From Verrucomicrobiota bacterium (GTDB taxonomy: Bacteria > Verrucomicrobiota > Verrucomicrobiia > Limisphaerales > UBA9464): a stretch of 64,000 bases of DNA. Numbering within the stretch: position 1 is the first letter of the stretch; each line of letters starts with the position of its first letter. The stretch is from positions 30,189 through 94,188 of the forward strand of contig VHCX01000003.1 of NCBI GenBank assembly GCA_016871615.1, given 5' to 3'. The notes under the pieces were generated by a model. It ran no database searches. It was not told where the DNA came from and was given only the letters and a program-made list of their open reading frames with translations. Below, one piece after another: positions 11,529 to 21,105 of the stretch. A program made the position numbers and the translations under genes.

Positions 11529-14339
11529 ATGGGTAAAACGCTCGTCATCACCGAAAAGCCGTCCGTCGCCGCGGACATCGCCAAGGCCCTGGGGGGCTTC
11601 AAGCGGGTCGACGACTACTTCGAGCGGGACGACCAGATCATCGGCTCGGCCGTCGGTCACCTGCTCGAGATCCGCGCCCCGGAGGCCTTTGAGGCCAAGA
11701 AGGGCAAGTGGAGTTTCAATGCGCTACCGGTCATTCCCCCGCACTTCGACCTCCAGCCCCGCGAGAAGTCCGAGGCCAAGCTCAAGACCCTTCAGAAGCT
11801 CATCAAGCGCAAGGATGTCGACGCCCTCGTCAACGCCTGCGACGCCGGCCGCGAGGGTGAACTGATCTTCCGCTACATCACCCAGTACGCCCAGGCCCGG
11901 CAACCGATCCGCCGCCTGTGGCTGCAGTCGATGACCCCTGCGGCCATCCGCGACGGGTTCAATCGCCTGCGCTCCGACCAGGAAATGCAGCCCCTGGCCG
12001 CCGCGGCCACCTGCCGGTCCGAATCCGACTGGCTGGTCGGCATCAACGGCACCCGCGTGATGACGGCCTTCAACTCCAAGGGCGGCGGCTTCAACAAGAC
12101 CACCGTCGGCCGGGTGCAGACCCCCACCCTGGCCATCCTGGTGGAGCGCGAGGAGAGGATCCGCCGGTTCCTTCCGCGCAACTACTGGGAGCTGCATGCC
12201 ACCTTCGGCTGCGAGGCCGGGCAATACGTCGGCCGGTGGTTCGACGAACGGTTCACCAAGCCCTCGGGCAAGGAGGCCGACGAAGCCCTCCGCGCCGAGC
12301 GGATCTGGGAGGCCGACAAGGCCGCCGCCATCCGCGATCGGTGCCTGGGCAAGCCGGGCGTGGTCACCGAGGAGAGCAAGCCCAGCAGTCAACTCGCCCC
12401 CGCCCTCTTCGACCTGACCACCCTCCAGCGGGAGGCCAACCGTCGGTTCGGGTTCTCGGCCTCCCGCACGCTGCAAATCGCCCAGGCGCTGTACGAGCGG
12501 CACAAGGTGCTCACCTACCCGCGTACCGATTCGCGCGCGCTGCCCGAAGACTACCTCGGCACCGCCCGGAGCGTGCTCGAGACCATGAACGGCGCCGGCT
12601 ACGGCCGCTTCGCCGCCACCATCCTCGACCAGGGTTGGGTGCGTCCCAACAAGCGCATCTTCAACAACGCCAAGGTCAGCGACCACTTCGCCATCATCCC
12701 CACCACGGTGGAGCCCAAGGGGCTGAGCGACATCGAGGCGCGCATCTACGACATGGTGGCCAAGCGGTTCCTGGCGGTGTTCTACCCCGCGGCCGAGTAC
12801 CTCATCACCACCCGCATCACCCGGGTCGAGGGCGAGCCCTTCAAGACCGAGGGCAAGGTGCTGGTCAAGGCCGGATGGCTCGAGATCTACGGCCGCGAGG
12901 CCCAGGCCCAGAACGAGGGTGAAGAGACCACCGCCAACCTGGTGCCCGTGAGGCCCGACGAGCGGGTGCGCACCGAGGCGATCGAACAGAAGGCGAGCCA
13001 GACCAAGGCCCCGCCCCGCTACAACGAGGCGACCCTGCTGGGCGCCATGGAGGGTGCCGGCAAGCTCGTCGAGGACGACGAGCTGCGCTCCGCCATGGCC
13101 GACCGGGGACTCGGCACCCCGGCCACCCGCGCCTCGATCATCGAGGGTCTGGTCGACGAGGAATACCTCCACCGCAACGGCAACGAACTGCAGCCCACGG
13201 GCAAGGCCTTCATGCTCATCGCCCTGCTCCGCGGACTGGGCATCGAGGAACTGAGCAAGCCCGAGCTCACCGGCGAATGGGAGCACAAGCTCAAGGAGAT
13301 GGAGGCCGGCCGCTACACCCGGCCCCGGTTCATGCAGGACATCGCCGAGATGACCCGGCGCATCGTCGAGCGCACCAAGGCCTTCCAGGGCGACGAGGTG
13401 CCCGGTGACTTCGGCGACCTGGCCCACGCCTGCCCCAAGTGCGGTGCCACGGTGAAGGAGAACTACCGGCGCTTCCAGTGCACCGGTTGCGACTTCAGCC
13501 TGCCGAAGTTCCTGGCCAGCCGGCTGATGGAGGCCCGCGAGATGGACCAACTCATCAAGGCCGGCCTGCTGGGTCCCCTCCAGGGTTTCCGTTCCCGTCA
13601 GGGATTCCCCTTCGCCGCGGTCATCAAGCTCGATGCCGAGAAGAAGCTGGTCTTCGACTTCGGCGACGACAAGAAGGACGACGGCACCTCGGCCGAGGTC
13701 GATTTCACGGGCAAGGAACCCGTGGGCCACTGCCCCAAGTGCCAGGGCAACGTCTTCGAGAACGGGATGAACTATGTCTGCGAGCGCTCCGTGAGCGCCT
13801 CCAAGTCGTGCGATTTCCGCACCGGCAGCATCATCCTCCAGCAGGCCATCGACCGCACGCAGGCCGCCAAGCTCCTTTCCCAGGGCAAGACCGACCTGCT
13901 CAAGGAATTCGTCTCCAAGAAGACGGGTCGCAAGTTCGAGGCCTTCCTGACCCTCAAGGACGGAAAGGTCGGCTTCGAGTTCGCACCGCGGGAGAAGAAG
14001 TTCCCGGACAAGGCGGAGAAGGCGGCCGAGCCGGAGGTGAAGGTCGACTTCACCGGGCAGACCACGGTCGGCGCCTGCCCGAAGTGCAAGGGCAAGGTGT
14101 ACGAGGGACCCACTGCGTGGATCTGCGAGCGCACCCAGGCCGACACGCGCAAGTGCACCTTCAAGGTGGGCAAGACGATCCTGTCGCAGACGGTCGAACG
14201 ACCGCAGGTCGAGAAGCTCCTCAGGGACGGCCGCACCGAGGCCCTGTCGGGCTTCCTGTCCAAGGCGGGCAAGAACTTCACCGCCCACCTCGTGCTGGGG
14301 CAGCGGGGCAAGGTAGAGTTCGAGTTCCCGAACCGCTGA
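11529..14339 (+). CDS. topB: DNA topoisomerase III with three C-terminal zinc-ribbon/'topoisomerase C-terminal repeat' units
   Basis: From ATG 11529: MGKTLVITEKPSVA (Toprim Glu), NACDAGREGELIF (DxD), catalytic-Tyr motif LTYPRTDSRAL and GLGTPATRASIIE. Three CPKC...C..C repeats follow, each ending in a (V/G)FEF/DF segment. Confidence 0.9.
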   Translation: MGKTLVITEKPSVAADIAKALGGFKRVDDYFERDDQIIGSAVGHLLEIRAPEAFEAKKGKWSFNALPVIPPHFDLQPREKSEAKLKTLQKLIKRKDVDALVNACDAGREGELIFRYITQYAQARQPIRRLWLQSMTPAAIRDGFNRLRSDQEMQPLAAAATCRSESDWLVGINGTRVMTAFNSKGGGFNKTTVGRVQTPTLAILVEREERIRRFLPRNYWELHATFGCEAGQYVGRWFDERFTKPSGKEADEALRAERIWEADKAAAIRDRCLGKPGVVTEESKPSSQLAPALFDLTTLQREANRRFGFSASRTLQIAQALYERHKVLTYPRTDSRALPEDYLGTARSVLETMNGAGYGRFAATILDQGWVRPNKRIFNNAKVSDHFAIIPTTVEPKGLSDIEARIYDMVAKRFLAVFYPAAEYLITTRITRVEGEPFKTEGKVLVKAGWLEIYGREAQAQNEGEETTANLVPVRPDERVRTEAIEQKASQTKAPPRYNEATLLGAMEGAGKLVEDDELRSAMADRGLGTPATRASIIEGLVDEEYLHRNGNELQPTGKAFMLIALLRGLGIEELSKPELTGEWEHKLKEMEAGRYTRPRFMQDIAEMTRRIVERTKAFQGDEVPGDFGDLAHACPKCGATVKENYRRFQCTGCDFSLPKFLASRLMEAREMDQLIKAGLLGPLQGFRSRQGFPFAAVIKLDAEKKLVFDFGDDKKDDGTSAEVDFTGKEPVGHCPKCQGNVFENGMNYVCERSVSASKSCDFRTGSIILQQAIDRTQAAKLLSQGKTDLLKEFVSKKTGRKFEAFLTLKDGKVGFEFAPREKKFPDKAEKAAEPEVKVDFTGQTTVGACPKCKGKVYEGPTAWICERTQADTRKCTFKVGKTILSQTVERPQVEKLLRDGRTEALSGFLSKAGKNFTAHLVLGQRGKVEFEFPNR

Positions 14340-14431
14340 TTTTATTTTTGGGAGGGGGCGACGGTGATCGCTTCCAAACTGAGGCCCAATCCCGGTCGCC
14401 GTTTCGGACGTGCAACCTCAGGGGCTCCGGA

Positions 14432-15040
14432 TCAGGGCGGGCGATCGAGCGAGAAGCGATCCCGGGTGCGCAGGTAGTCGGTGCCGCCCATGCGGCCGAC
14501 GAGGTCCAGGCGATCGGGGTCCGGATATCCGCTGGAACCGATCACGCCGTCGGCCACGTGCATCCACACGATGCGCCCCAACACCAGATTGCCGCCCGCC
14601 GGGCCTTCGCTGACGCGGATGACACGGTCGAGCCGGCACTCGAAGGCCACCGAGGCGCTGGCCACACGGGGAGGTCGCACCTTCACCGAGGGCGCCGTGG
14701 CGACCCGGAACCGCTCGAACTCGCTCTCCTCATACCCCAGCAGGGCCGAGGTGGCATTCATGGCCTCGGCATCGGCGGCCGAGACGGTGTTCACCACGAA
14801 CTCCCCGGTCGCCTCGAGGTTGCGCAAGGTGTCCTTGGGCGAGCCATCCCGATGGTTCACCGGGCAGAACATCAGGGTCGGCGGCCGCGCGCAGATGCCC
14901 TGGAAGAAGCTGAACGGCGCGAGGTTCGGGACCCCTTCGACCGACAGCGTGCTCACCCAGGCGATCGGGCGCGGGAGGATGGAGTGGATCATCCACTCGT
15001 ACATCGTCCGGGTGTTCTGCTGGTCCGGATCGAGTTCCAT
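14432..15040 (-). CDS. Flavin reductase-family protein (FMN-binding split barrel)
   Basis: 202 aa. ILPRPIAWVSTLSVEGVPNLAPFSFF and GGNLVLGRIV are typical of flavin reductase-like domain proteins. Confidence 0.85.
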   Translation of the reverse strand: MELDPDQQNTRTMYEWMIHSILPRPIAWVSTLSVEGVPNLAPFSFFQGICARPPTLMFCPVNHRDGSPKDTLRNLEATGEFVVNTVSAADAEAMNATSALLGYEESEFERFRVATAPSVKVRPPRVASASVAFECRLDRVIRVSEGPAGGNLVLGRIVWMHVADGVIGSSGYPDPDRLDLVGRMGGTDYLRTRDRFSLDRPP

Positions 15041-15043
15041 GGC

Positions 15044-15907
15044 TCAACCCCCTTCCCAACCCAGCAGGAAGTGCAGCACGAGGTCCGGCAGGTCGAGGCT
15101 GTAGCCGCCCTCGAGCACGGCGAAAGTTGGCACGCCTGAGGCACGCGCCCATTGGCCGAGCATCTGGAAGTCCTCGCGCTCGAGGGTGCCGTTGGCCAGC
15201 GGATCCTTGGAATAGGCATCGAAGCCCGCGGAGATCCCGATGAGGCGCGGCCGGGTGGCCAGGAGCCGCTGCCACGCCTTCTCAAGGGCCCAGCGCCAGG
15301 TCGTCCGCGGGGATCCGCCGGGCACGGGATGGTTGAAGCAGTTCGGCCCGACGTCGGCCTGTCCGGTGCCGGGATAGGCATCGCCCTGGTGCACGGAGGC
15401 GAAGGCGACGCCGTCCACGCCCTTGAGGCAATCCTCGGTGCCGTTGCCGTGGTGCACATCGAAGTCGAAGACGGCGACGGGTCCGAGCCCCCGGCTCTTG
15501 GCCTCCAACGCCGCCAGGGCCATCGATGAATAGTAGCAGAACCCCATGGCCCGATGCCGCTCGGCATGATGGCCCGGGGGCCGCATCAACGCGAAGGCCG
15601 GCTCGCCGGAGACCGCCAACTCCATGGCGCGGACCGCGGCGCCGACGGAACGTCGGGCATGGCCCTCGATGTCCGGGTGCCACGGCGTGTCGGCATCGAA
15701 CGGGGCCTCGACCTTCATGCGGGCGAGGTGTGCGGGCGAGTGCCCGAGCAGCAGCAGCGCGTCGGCGACCTCGACGGGCTCGGCCCAGCGGATCGGCAGG
15801 GATTTCTGCGACTTGAGCAGGTCCGCCGTCCGGGCCACGCGGTTGGGTTTCTCAGGATGCCCCGGCTGGTGGTAGGCGGTGCAGCGGGGATCGAGGACGA
15901 TCGTCAT
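15044..15907 (-). CDS. Histone deacetylase-family (acetylpolyamine/acetoin-utilisation type) amidohydrolase
   Basis: RPPGHHA, DFDVHHGNGT, SAGFDAY..DPL and LEGGY motifs in canonical order. Confidence 0.9.
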   Translation of the reverse strand: MTIVLDPRCTAYHQPGHPEKPNRVARTADLLKSQKSLPIRWAEPVEVADALLLLGHSPAHLARMKVEAPFDADTPWHPDIEGHARRSVGAAVRAMELAVSGEPAFALMRPPGHHAERHRAMGFCYYSSMALAALEAKSRGLGPVAVFDFDVHHGNGTEDCLKGVDGVAFASVHQGDAYPGTGQADVGPNCFNHPVPGGSPRTTWRWALEKAWQRLLATRPRLIGISAGFDAYSKDPLANGTLEREDFQMLGQWARASGVPTFAVLEGGYSLDLPDLVLHFLLGWEGG

Positions 15908-15941
15908 GGGAGTGGCGTCGGTTCAGGACGAGGCGGCGCGA

Positions 15942-17147
15942 TCAGCGTTTCAGCAGTTCCAGCAGGCCTTCCGCACACAGGCGGGCGAACTCCGGATCGT
16001 TGATGTTGCCGTCGTACTCGGTCACCGGGATGTCTTCCCGAAGGTTCGACGTCCAGGCCTCGAAGAGCGCGGCATCGGCCTCGGGCCAATGGAACGGCTG
16101 GCCCGGGGCGCTGATGACGCTGATACCCCGCAGCGGGAGGAACACCCGGACGGGCCCCGTCGACAGGTTGCATTTCTCGGCCAGGACCTTGCCCAACCGC
16201 GCGCATTCCTCCGGATTGGTGCGCATCAGCGTCACCTGCGCGTTGTGGTGGTAGAAGCGTCGGCCGGCGAATCGAGCGGGCACCGTGGCCGGTTCTCCGA
16301 AGTTCACCATGTCGAGGCACCCGGGCGTGACGATGGCCGGAACCCCGGACCTGGCCGCGGCCTCGCAGCGCGTCGGGCCCGCCTTGAGCACCCCGCCAAC
16401 CAGCTCGTCGGCCCACTCGGTGGTGGTGATGTCCAACACGCCGGAGACCAGGCCGCTTTCGACCAGCGACTCCAGCGTGCGGCCGCCGGTGCCGGTGGCT
16501 GCGAAGATCATCACCTCGTAGCCGCCGGCCTCGAGGATCTCGCGGGCACGGGTCACGCAGGCCGTGGTGTTGCCGAACTGCGAGGCCACGATCACCGGCT
16601 TGGACCCGGCCTCGGGCGGACGCGCCGACACCATGCCGCAGATGGCCCCGGCCGCCTGGGCCAGGATCACGCGGGACAGCCGGTTGATCCCCGCCACATC
16701 GACCACGCTGGGCATCATCACAATGTCCTTCACGCCGACATAGGGAGCGGTGTTGCCGCTGGCCAGCGTCGAGACCATGAGCTTCGGGAACCCGACGGGC
16801 AGCGCGCGCATGGCGGCCGTACAGATGGCGGTGCCGCCCCCGCCGCCCAGCGAGATCACCCCGTCGATCCGACCCTCACGGTGCAACCGGGCGAGCACCA
16901 ACGGAGCGGCCCGGGTCATCAGGCCCACCGCCTCGCCGCGGTCCCGCCGCGCGACCACCGCGGCCAGGTCAGCGCCGGCCGCCCGGGCCACCTCCTCCCT
17001 GAAGATGTCGGCCTCGAGCGTCGCCGGGCCCAGTGTGCCGACGTCGATCCGGAGCACGGAATGCCCCAGCTCCCGGATGCGGTCGGCCACGTAGCGATGC
17101 TCCTCCCCCTTGGTGTCGAACGTCCCCAGAACAGCGATGGTGGCCAT
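15942..17147 (-). CDS. UPF0261 / Tm-1-like ATP-binding domain protein
   Basis: From ATG 17147: MATIAVLGTFDTKGEE...GVISLGGGGGT...PKLMVSTLASG...VIVASQFGNTT. The 269 aa upstream in the track ORF overlap the M48 gene out of frame and are Pro/Arg/Trp-rich, so they were rejected. Confidence 0.85.
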   Translation of the reverse strand: MATIAVLGTFDTKGEEHRYVADRIRELGHSVLRIDVGTLGPATLEADIFREEVARAAGADLAAVVARRDRGEAVGLMTRAAPLVLARLHREGRIDGVISLGGGGGTAICTAAMRALPVGFPKLMVSTLASGNTAPYVGVKDIVMMPSVVDVAGINRLSRVILAQAAGAICGMVSARPPEAGSKPVIVASQFGNTTACVTRAREILEAGGYEVMIFAATGTGGRTLESLVESGLVSGVLDITTTEWADELVGGVLKAGPTRCEAAARSGVPAIVTPGCLDMVNFGEPATVPARFAGRRFYHHNAQVTLMRTNPEECARLGKVLAEKCNLSTGPVRVFLPLRGISVISAPGQPFHWPEADAALFEAWTSNLREDIPVTEYDGNINDPEFARLCAEGLLELLKR

Positions 17148-17277
17148 GGATGTTCGGAAGGTATCGTCGGTCTCTGGAATGGGCCAACCCGAAAGGGCTG
17201 AGAAGCGGACGTGCAAATGGCCCCAGGTCTCCAATCGGCCTCCTTCCGAAGGATCGGATCGCACGACACGCGAGCAC

Positions 17278-19212
17278 TCAATCCATCGACGCTTCCCAGG
17301 CCACCCAGGGGGGCATCGGGCAATCGAGTCCATCGGCGATGGCACGCAGGAGTTCGGCCTCGGCTTCGTGCAAAACCCCGTCGTGGGCGACGGTCTGGGC
17401 GGCCGCATCGACCACCCGGCGGCGGATCTCCGGGGTCGCCTCCGCCAACCGGTCCAAGGCCGAATCGACCTCCACGAGGCCGCACTCCTCCAGGGCCAGG
17501 AATCGCAGCCCGACCTCGGAGCCATCGAGGCCCAGGTGGTCGACACCGCACACGAACGCGGCCTCGGGATCCGACGTCGACGACGTCCCCAGGCGGGCCA
17601 GGCAGGACAGCAGCAGCCCGCCATCGGCGGCGACCTCTGCGAGGTGGTGGTGCCGGACAACACGCCGGGGCACCGCCCCGAAATGCGGGGCCATGTGCCG
17701 GCGCAGGTTGCGCTGCAACGCGAACTCGAAGAGATCGACCTGCCGGTCGGCGGCGACCAGGGCCTCCGTGGTGCGACAGAACTCGGTGTATTGGGAGGCC
17801 GACAAATGAAGCAGGCTTCCGGTGGCCAGCGCCGCGACCGGGAGTCGTGCCATGGGCGGAAGTCCATCGAGGGACGGCAGCAGCCGGCGGACCTCCAGAT
17901 CCAGCCCCGGGGCGATCCACGCCGCCAGGTCGCCCCGCCGGGCCTCACGGGCATGTTCGTCGCGACCGAGCAGCAGCCCGTGGATCACAGCCGATGCACC
18001 AAACGGATCCTGGACGGCCTGCGCCACGTCCTCCGGCAACGAGGCGAGCAACCCCCGGGTCGCCCGCATCCCGGAGGCCGTAGGGCCCGCGGGCAACCGG
18101 CCCAGCCGGCCCAGCGCGATCGCGCCGCCACCGGCGATCCCGGCCAATCCAGCCACGCCGTTCGAACCGACCGCATCCCCCGCCCCGTCTGGACCCACCA
18201 GGGCGGCGATCTCCGGATTGAAGGACGGATCAAGCAGGCGGATCCGCTCCTCGAGGGGCGGATGCGTCGCGAAGAGGCTGTCGAAGGCACTGGCAAAGAA
18301 CATGTGCGAGAAGGCCGCGGCCCTGGGGTGGGCGATGGTGGATCGGCCGGCGTGACCGGCGATCTTCTTGAGGGCCCCGGCGATGCCGGCCGGGTTGCGC
18401 GTGAACTGCACGGCCGAGGCGTCGGCCAGGTGCTCCCGCTGGCGCGAGATCGCCGCCTGGACGGCCCGGGCGAAGATCTGGCCAATCCATCCGATGGCCA
18501 TGAGACCTAATCCCAGGGCCAGGAGGGCGACCGTTCCATTGCCGTTGCCCTCACGCCGCCGGGGGCGGTCGTCGCTCCGGGCAGTCGCCTCGAAGAGGAT
18601 CCTCCCCGTCACGGCGATGCCCAGGATGCCGTACAACCATCCGGTCAGACGGATGTTCCGGAGCATGTCGCCATTGAGGATGTGGCTGAACTCGTGCGCC
18701 ACGACCCCCTGCAACTCGTCCCGGGTCAACCGTTCGAGGCCCCCGCGCGAGACAGCCACCGCATAGTCGTCGGTCGTGTGCCCGGCGGCGAAGGCGTTGA
18801 TCCCGGACTCGCCCTCCAGCACGAACATCTCCGGCAAGGGAACCCCCGACGCGATGGCCATCTCTTCCACGACATTCAGGAAACGCCGCTCGCCGGGATC
18901 CCGCGTGCCCGGCGACACCGGTCGCCCGCCGCAGGCCTCCGCCACGGCACGCCCGCCGCCGGTGAGCTGGAGCCGGCCGACCACGATGCCGATGCCGATC
19001 ACCGCGAGGGTTCCGGCCGCGCTGTAGGGCAGGAAGCGCGCATCCCAAAGCTGCTCCCCCCGCGCGAGGATGGCCGAGGCCAGGGCCTGGACGGACAACA
19101 CGATCCCCGCCACGCCGAAGGCATAGAGCACCAGCAGGCGCCCGGTGTTCCTCCGGGCCCGAAGCTGCCGCTCGTGGAAGTTCATGGAAGACAGCGAGGA
19201 GGACCGGCCCAT
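17278..19212 (-). CDS. M48-family (HtpX-like) zinc metalloprotease with a long C-terminal extension (TerB-like by inference)
   Basis: N-terminal TM helices, HExxH motif VVAHEFSHILNGD, and conserved M48 C-terminal motifs REHLADASAVQFT and FATHPPLEERI. About 300 extra C-terminal residues end in HDGVLHEAEAELLRAIADGLDCPMPPW. Confidence 0.85.
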   Translation of the reverse strand: MGRSSSLSSMNFHERQLRARRNTGRLLVLYAFGVAGIVLSVQALASAILARGEQLWDARFLPYSAAGTLAVIGIGIVVGRLQLTGGGRAVAEACGGRPVSPGTRDPGERRFLNVVEEMAIASGVPLPEMFVLEGESGINAFAAGHTTDDYAVAVSRGGLERLTRDELQGVVAHEFSHILNGDMLRNIRLTGWLYGILGIAVTGRILFEATARSDDRPRRREGNGNGTVALLALGLGLMAIGWIGQIFARAVQAAISRQREHLADASAVQFTRNPAGIAGALKKIAGHAGRSTIAHPRAAAFSHMFFASAFDSLFATHPPLEERIRLLDPSFNPEIAALVGPDGAGDAVGSNGVAGLAGIAGGGAIALGRLGRLPAGPTASGMRATRGLLASLPEDVAQAVQDPFGASAVIHGLLLGRDEHAREARRGDLAAWIAPGLDLEVRRLLPSLDGLPPMARLPVAALATGSLLHLSASQYTEFCRTTEALVAADRQVDLFEFALQRNLRRHMAPHFGAVPRRVVRHHHLAEVAADGGLLLSCLARLGTSSTSDPEAAFVCGVDHLGLDGSEVGLRFLALEECGLVEVDSALDRLAEATPEIRRRVVDAAAQTVAHDGVLHEAEAELLRAIADGLDCPMPPWVAWEASMD

Positions 19213-19236
19213 GGCCTTGCCCCGCCTCCCCGGCGC

Positions 19237-19839
19237 TCAGAACGACACCCGAACACCCTTGCGCTCCTCAGGCGCATCGACCTGCCAAAGTTCCGCGGCG
19301 GCGAACTGGAATAGCCCGGCGATGAGGTTGGTCGGGAAACTCTCGCGCCGCGTGTTGTACTCGGTCACCGCGTCGTTGAAGGCCTGCCGGGCGAAGGACA
19401 CCTTGTTCTCGGTGGAGGTGAGTTCCTCCTGCAGCGCGAGCATGTTCTGGTTGGCCTTGAGGTCCGGGTACGATTCGGCCACCGCCAGCAACCGGCCCAG
19501 GCCCGATCCGAGCGCCTGCTCGGCCTCCAGCAGCTGCTTCATGGCCTCCGGATCGGCAGGGTTGGCGGCCACCCGCGACGAGGCGTTCATCGCCGCTCCT
19601 CGCGCCGCGACCACGGCCTCGAGGGTAGTGCTTTCATGCTTCATGAACGCCTTGCAGGTCTCCACCAGGTTCGGGATCAGGTCGTAGCGCCGCTTGAGCT
19701 GCACATCGATCTGCGAGAACGCGTTCTTGAGGCGGTTGCGAAGCGTCACCAACGCGTTGTAGGCACCGGCGACATACAGGCCGACGACGACAACGACGAG
19801 GACCAGAGAACCGAGCACGATGAGGAGGATGAGGCTCAT
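19237..19839 (-). CDS. lemA: LemA-family membrane protein
   Basis: From ATG 19839: one TM segment (MSLILLIVLGSLVLVVVVVGLYV), then YNALVTLRN..QIDVQLKRRYDLIPNLV..ESYPDLKAN..YNT..FP. Confidence 0.9.
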   Translation of the reverse strand: MSLILLIVLGSLVLVVVVVGLYVAGAYNALVTLRNRLKNAFSQIDVQLKRRYDLIPNLVETCKAFMKHESTTLEAVVAARGAAMNASSRVAANPADPEAMKQLLEAEQALGSGLGRLLAVAESYPDLKANQNMLALQEELTSTENKVSFARQAFNDAVTEYNTRRESFPTNLIAGLFQFAAAELWQVDAPEERKGVRVSF

Positions 19840-20076
19840 GGGAGTCCGGGGGATGATCCGCCGAGGTTCGCCACTCTGGGGATCCGACGGATCCTTGGAG
19901 CTCGCCCCAACGTCTGATGGAAGCAAAGCCCAATCCCGTGCCCCTCGCAAGGGGGCGCCTGAAACCTCGACTCGACGACGCCACCGGATACTCCACCCAG
20001 CCGCAGCCCTCAGCCCGCGGAGACGTCCTCGTGGCGGCAGCCGACACGGCACGTTTCTCCGGGCGATCGCCCTCCC

Positions 20077-20796
20077 CTACCACCACCGCCAGTCGACGCT
20101 GGGCTTGGGATCGAAGATCCAGGCCTCCATCTGCTTCGGCTCCGGGAAACGGTAGTTCTCCACGTGACCGTCACCAAAGAGCATGTTGAAGCGGCTCTGG
20201 CCCTTGTAGTTGTGCCACATGCTCTTGGGATCGGTGTTGCCCCGGTTCGAGTGCCAGGCCCAATCGCCTTGCACGATCTTGTGAGAGGCCCCCTGGGCCA
20301 CCTCCGCAGTCTTGATCGGGGCCCTCTGGTAGGGATCGGCTGAGCCCGCATCGCCCATGACGTGCCGGGTGCGGAACGAGTCGTGCTGCCACTGCGGGAG
20401 GTAGCTCGTCCCGTAGCTGCGGTAGCAGTTCTTGATGTTGGCCCCGTTGAGCAGGTCGCCCTTGTCGTTCGGGCACCGGAAGGTCTCGAACGCCGGGGCG
20501 TACCCGTTGAGCGGCCGGTTGGTCGCGGCGATGAACACGCTGTAGGTGCCGTTGGTGCCCCCGGAGCCATGCCAGTCTCGGGTCAGCGGATAGGTCTCGC
20601 GGTGGTCATCGGCGTACATCTGCACGGCCAGGCCGATCTGCTTCTGGTTGCCGGCACACTTCACCTGGGTGGCCTTGGCCTTCGACCGCGCGAGAGCCGG
20701 CAGGAGCATGCCCGCGAGGATGGCGATGATGGCGATGACCACGAGCAACTCGATGAGCGTGAAGCCTCGACGCCGGGAGCTGATTGAATGGTTCAT
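20077..20796 (-). CDS. Prepilin-type N-terminal cleavage/methylation domain protein (PVC 'H-X9-DG-like' pseudopilin family)
   Basis: From ATG 20796: [35 protein letters not shown] and a C-terminal [14 protein letters not shown]. It is a paralog of 40750-41496. Confidence 0.85.
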   Translation of the reverse strand: MNHSISSRRRGFTLIELLVVIAIIAILAGMLLPALARSKAKATQVKCAGNQKQIGLAVQMYADDHRETYPLTRDWHGSGGTNGTYSVFIAATNRPLNGYAPAFETFRCPNDKGDLLNGANIKNCYRSYGTSYLPQWQHDSFRTRHVMGDAGSADPYQRAPIKTAEVAQGASHKIVQGDWAWHSNRGNTDPKSMWHNYKGQSRFNMLFGDGHVENYRFPEPKQMEAWIFDPKPSVDWRWW

Positions 20797-20857
20797 GGGT
20801 GAAGGATCACTCTTTGGGGATGGGAGGAGATTTACCAGCTCCCCCTTCACCAACCAA

Positions 20858-20888
20858 CCCCAAACCGTCGCCCCAAACCGTCGCCCCA
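20858..20888. repeat. Tandem 13-mer CCCCAAACCGTCG x2 plus a partial third copy
   Basis: Read directly: 20858-20870 and 20871-20883 are identical, followed by CCCCA. Located in the pseudopilin/recG intergenic region. Confidence 0.8.
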
Positions 20889-20943
20889 GTTCCCGGACGA
20901 GCCCATGGTTGCTTCCCGGGTGCCCCAGCGCGCCGTTTCCCTT

Positions 20944-20969
20944 CCCGTCTTTACGGCCCGTCTTTACGG
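20944..20969. repeat. Tandem 13-mer CCCGTCTTTACGG x2
   Basis: Read directly: 20944-20956 and 20957-20969 are identical. Confidence 0.8.
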
Positions 20970-20982
20970 TTACGAGTAGTAG

Positions 20983-21039
20983 CCAATATCAAGACCTGAC
21001 CCTCTTTGATTGAGAGTACCCAATATCAAGAACTGACCC
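20983..21039. repeat. Spaced direct repeat CCAATATCAAGA(C/A)CTGACCC x2, period 37 bp, AT-richer than the surroundings
   Basis: Copies at 20983-21002 and 21020-21039 match at 19 of 20 positions. They lie 67-123 nt upstream of the recG ATG (21106). Confidence 0.75.
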
Positions 21040-21105
21040 CATTTTCGATGGTTCGAGGATTGCCCCGGATCGGTGGGGTGACAGAGGGTTTGGGGAGGGA
21101 CATCC

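Noticed and set aside
11724-14288. 854-aa minus-strand ORF
   Set aside because: It is antisense to topB, which has Toprim and catalytic-Tyr motifs. Typical Leu/Gly/Ala/Arg-rich shadow frame.
14318-14349. T-rich tract TTTTATTTTT right after the topB stop, considered as an intrinsic terminator
   Set aside because: The only preceding hairpin I can draw is a 5-bp stem (GTTCG/CGAAC) lying inside the coding end. That is too weak to call a terminator, although the AT-rich tract is unusual for this genome.
17148-17954. N-terminal 269 aa of track ORF 15942-17954
   Set aside because: It overlaps the 3' part of the M48 gene out of frame. The UPF0261 family begins at MATIAVLGTFDTKG (ATG 17147).
20858-21039. 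Considered whether the intergenic direct repeats form a CRISPR array
   Set aside because: The units are 13-20 bp, the copies are tandem or only two in number, the spacers are not of uniform CRISPR size, and there are no cas genes in the window.
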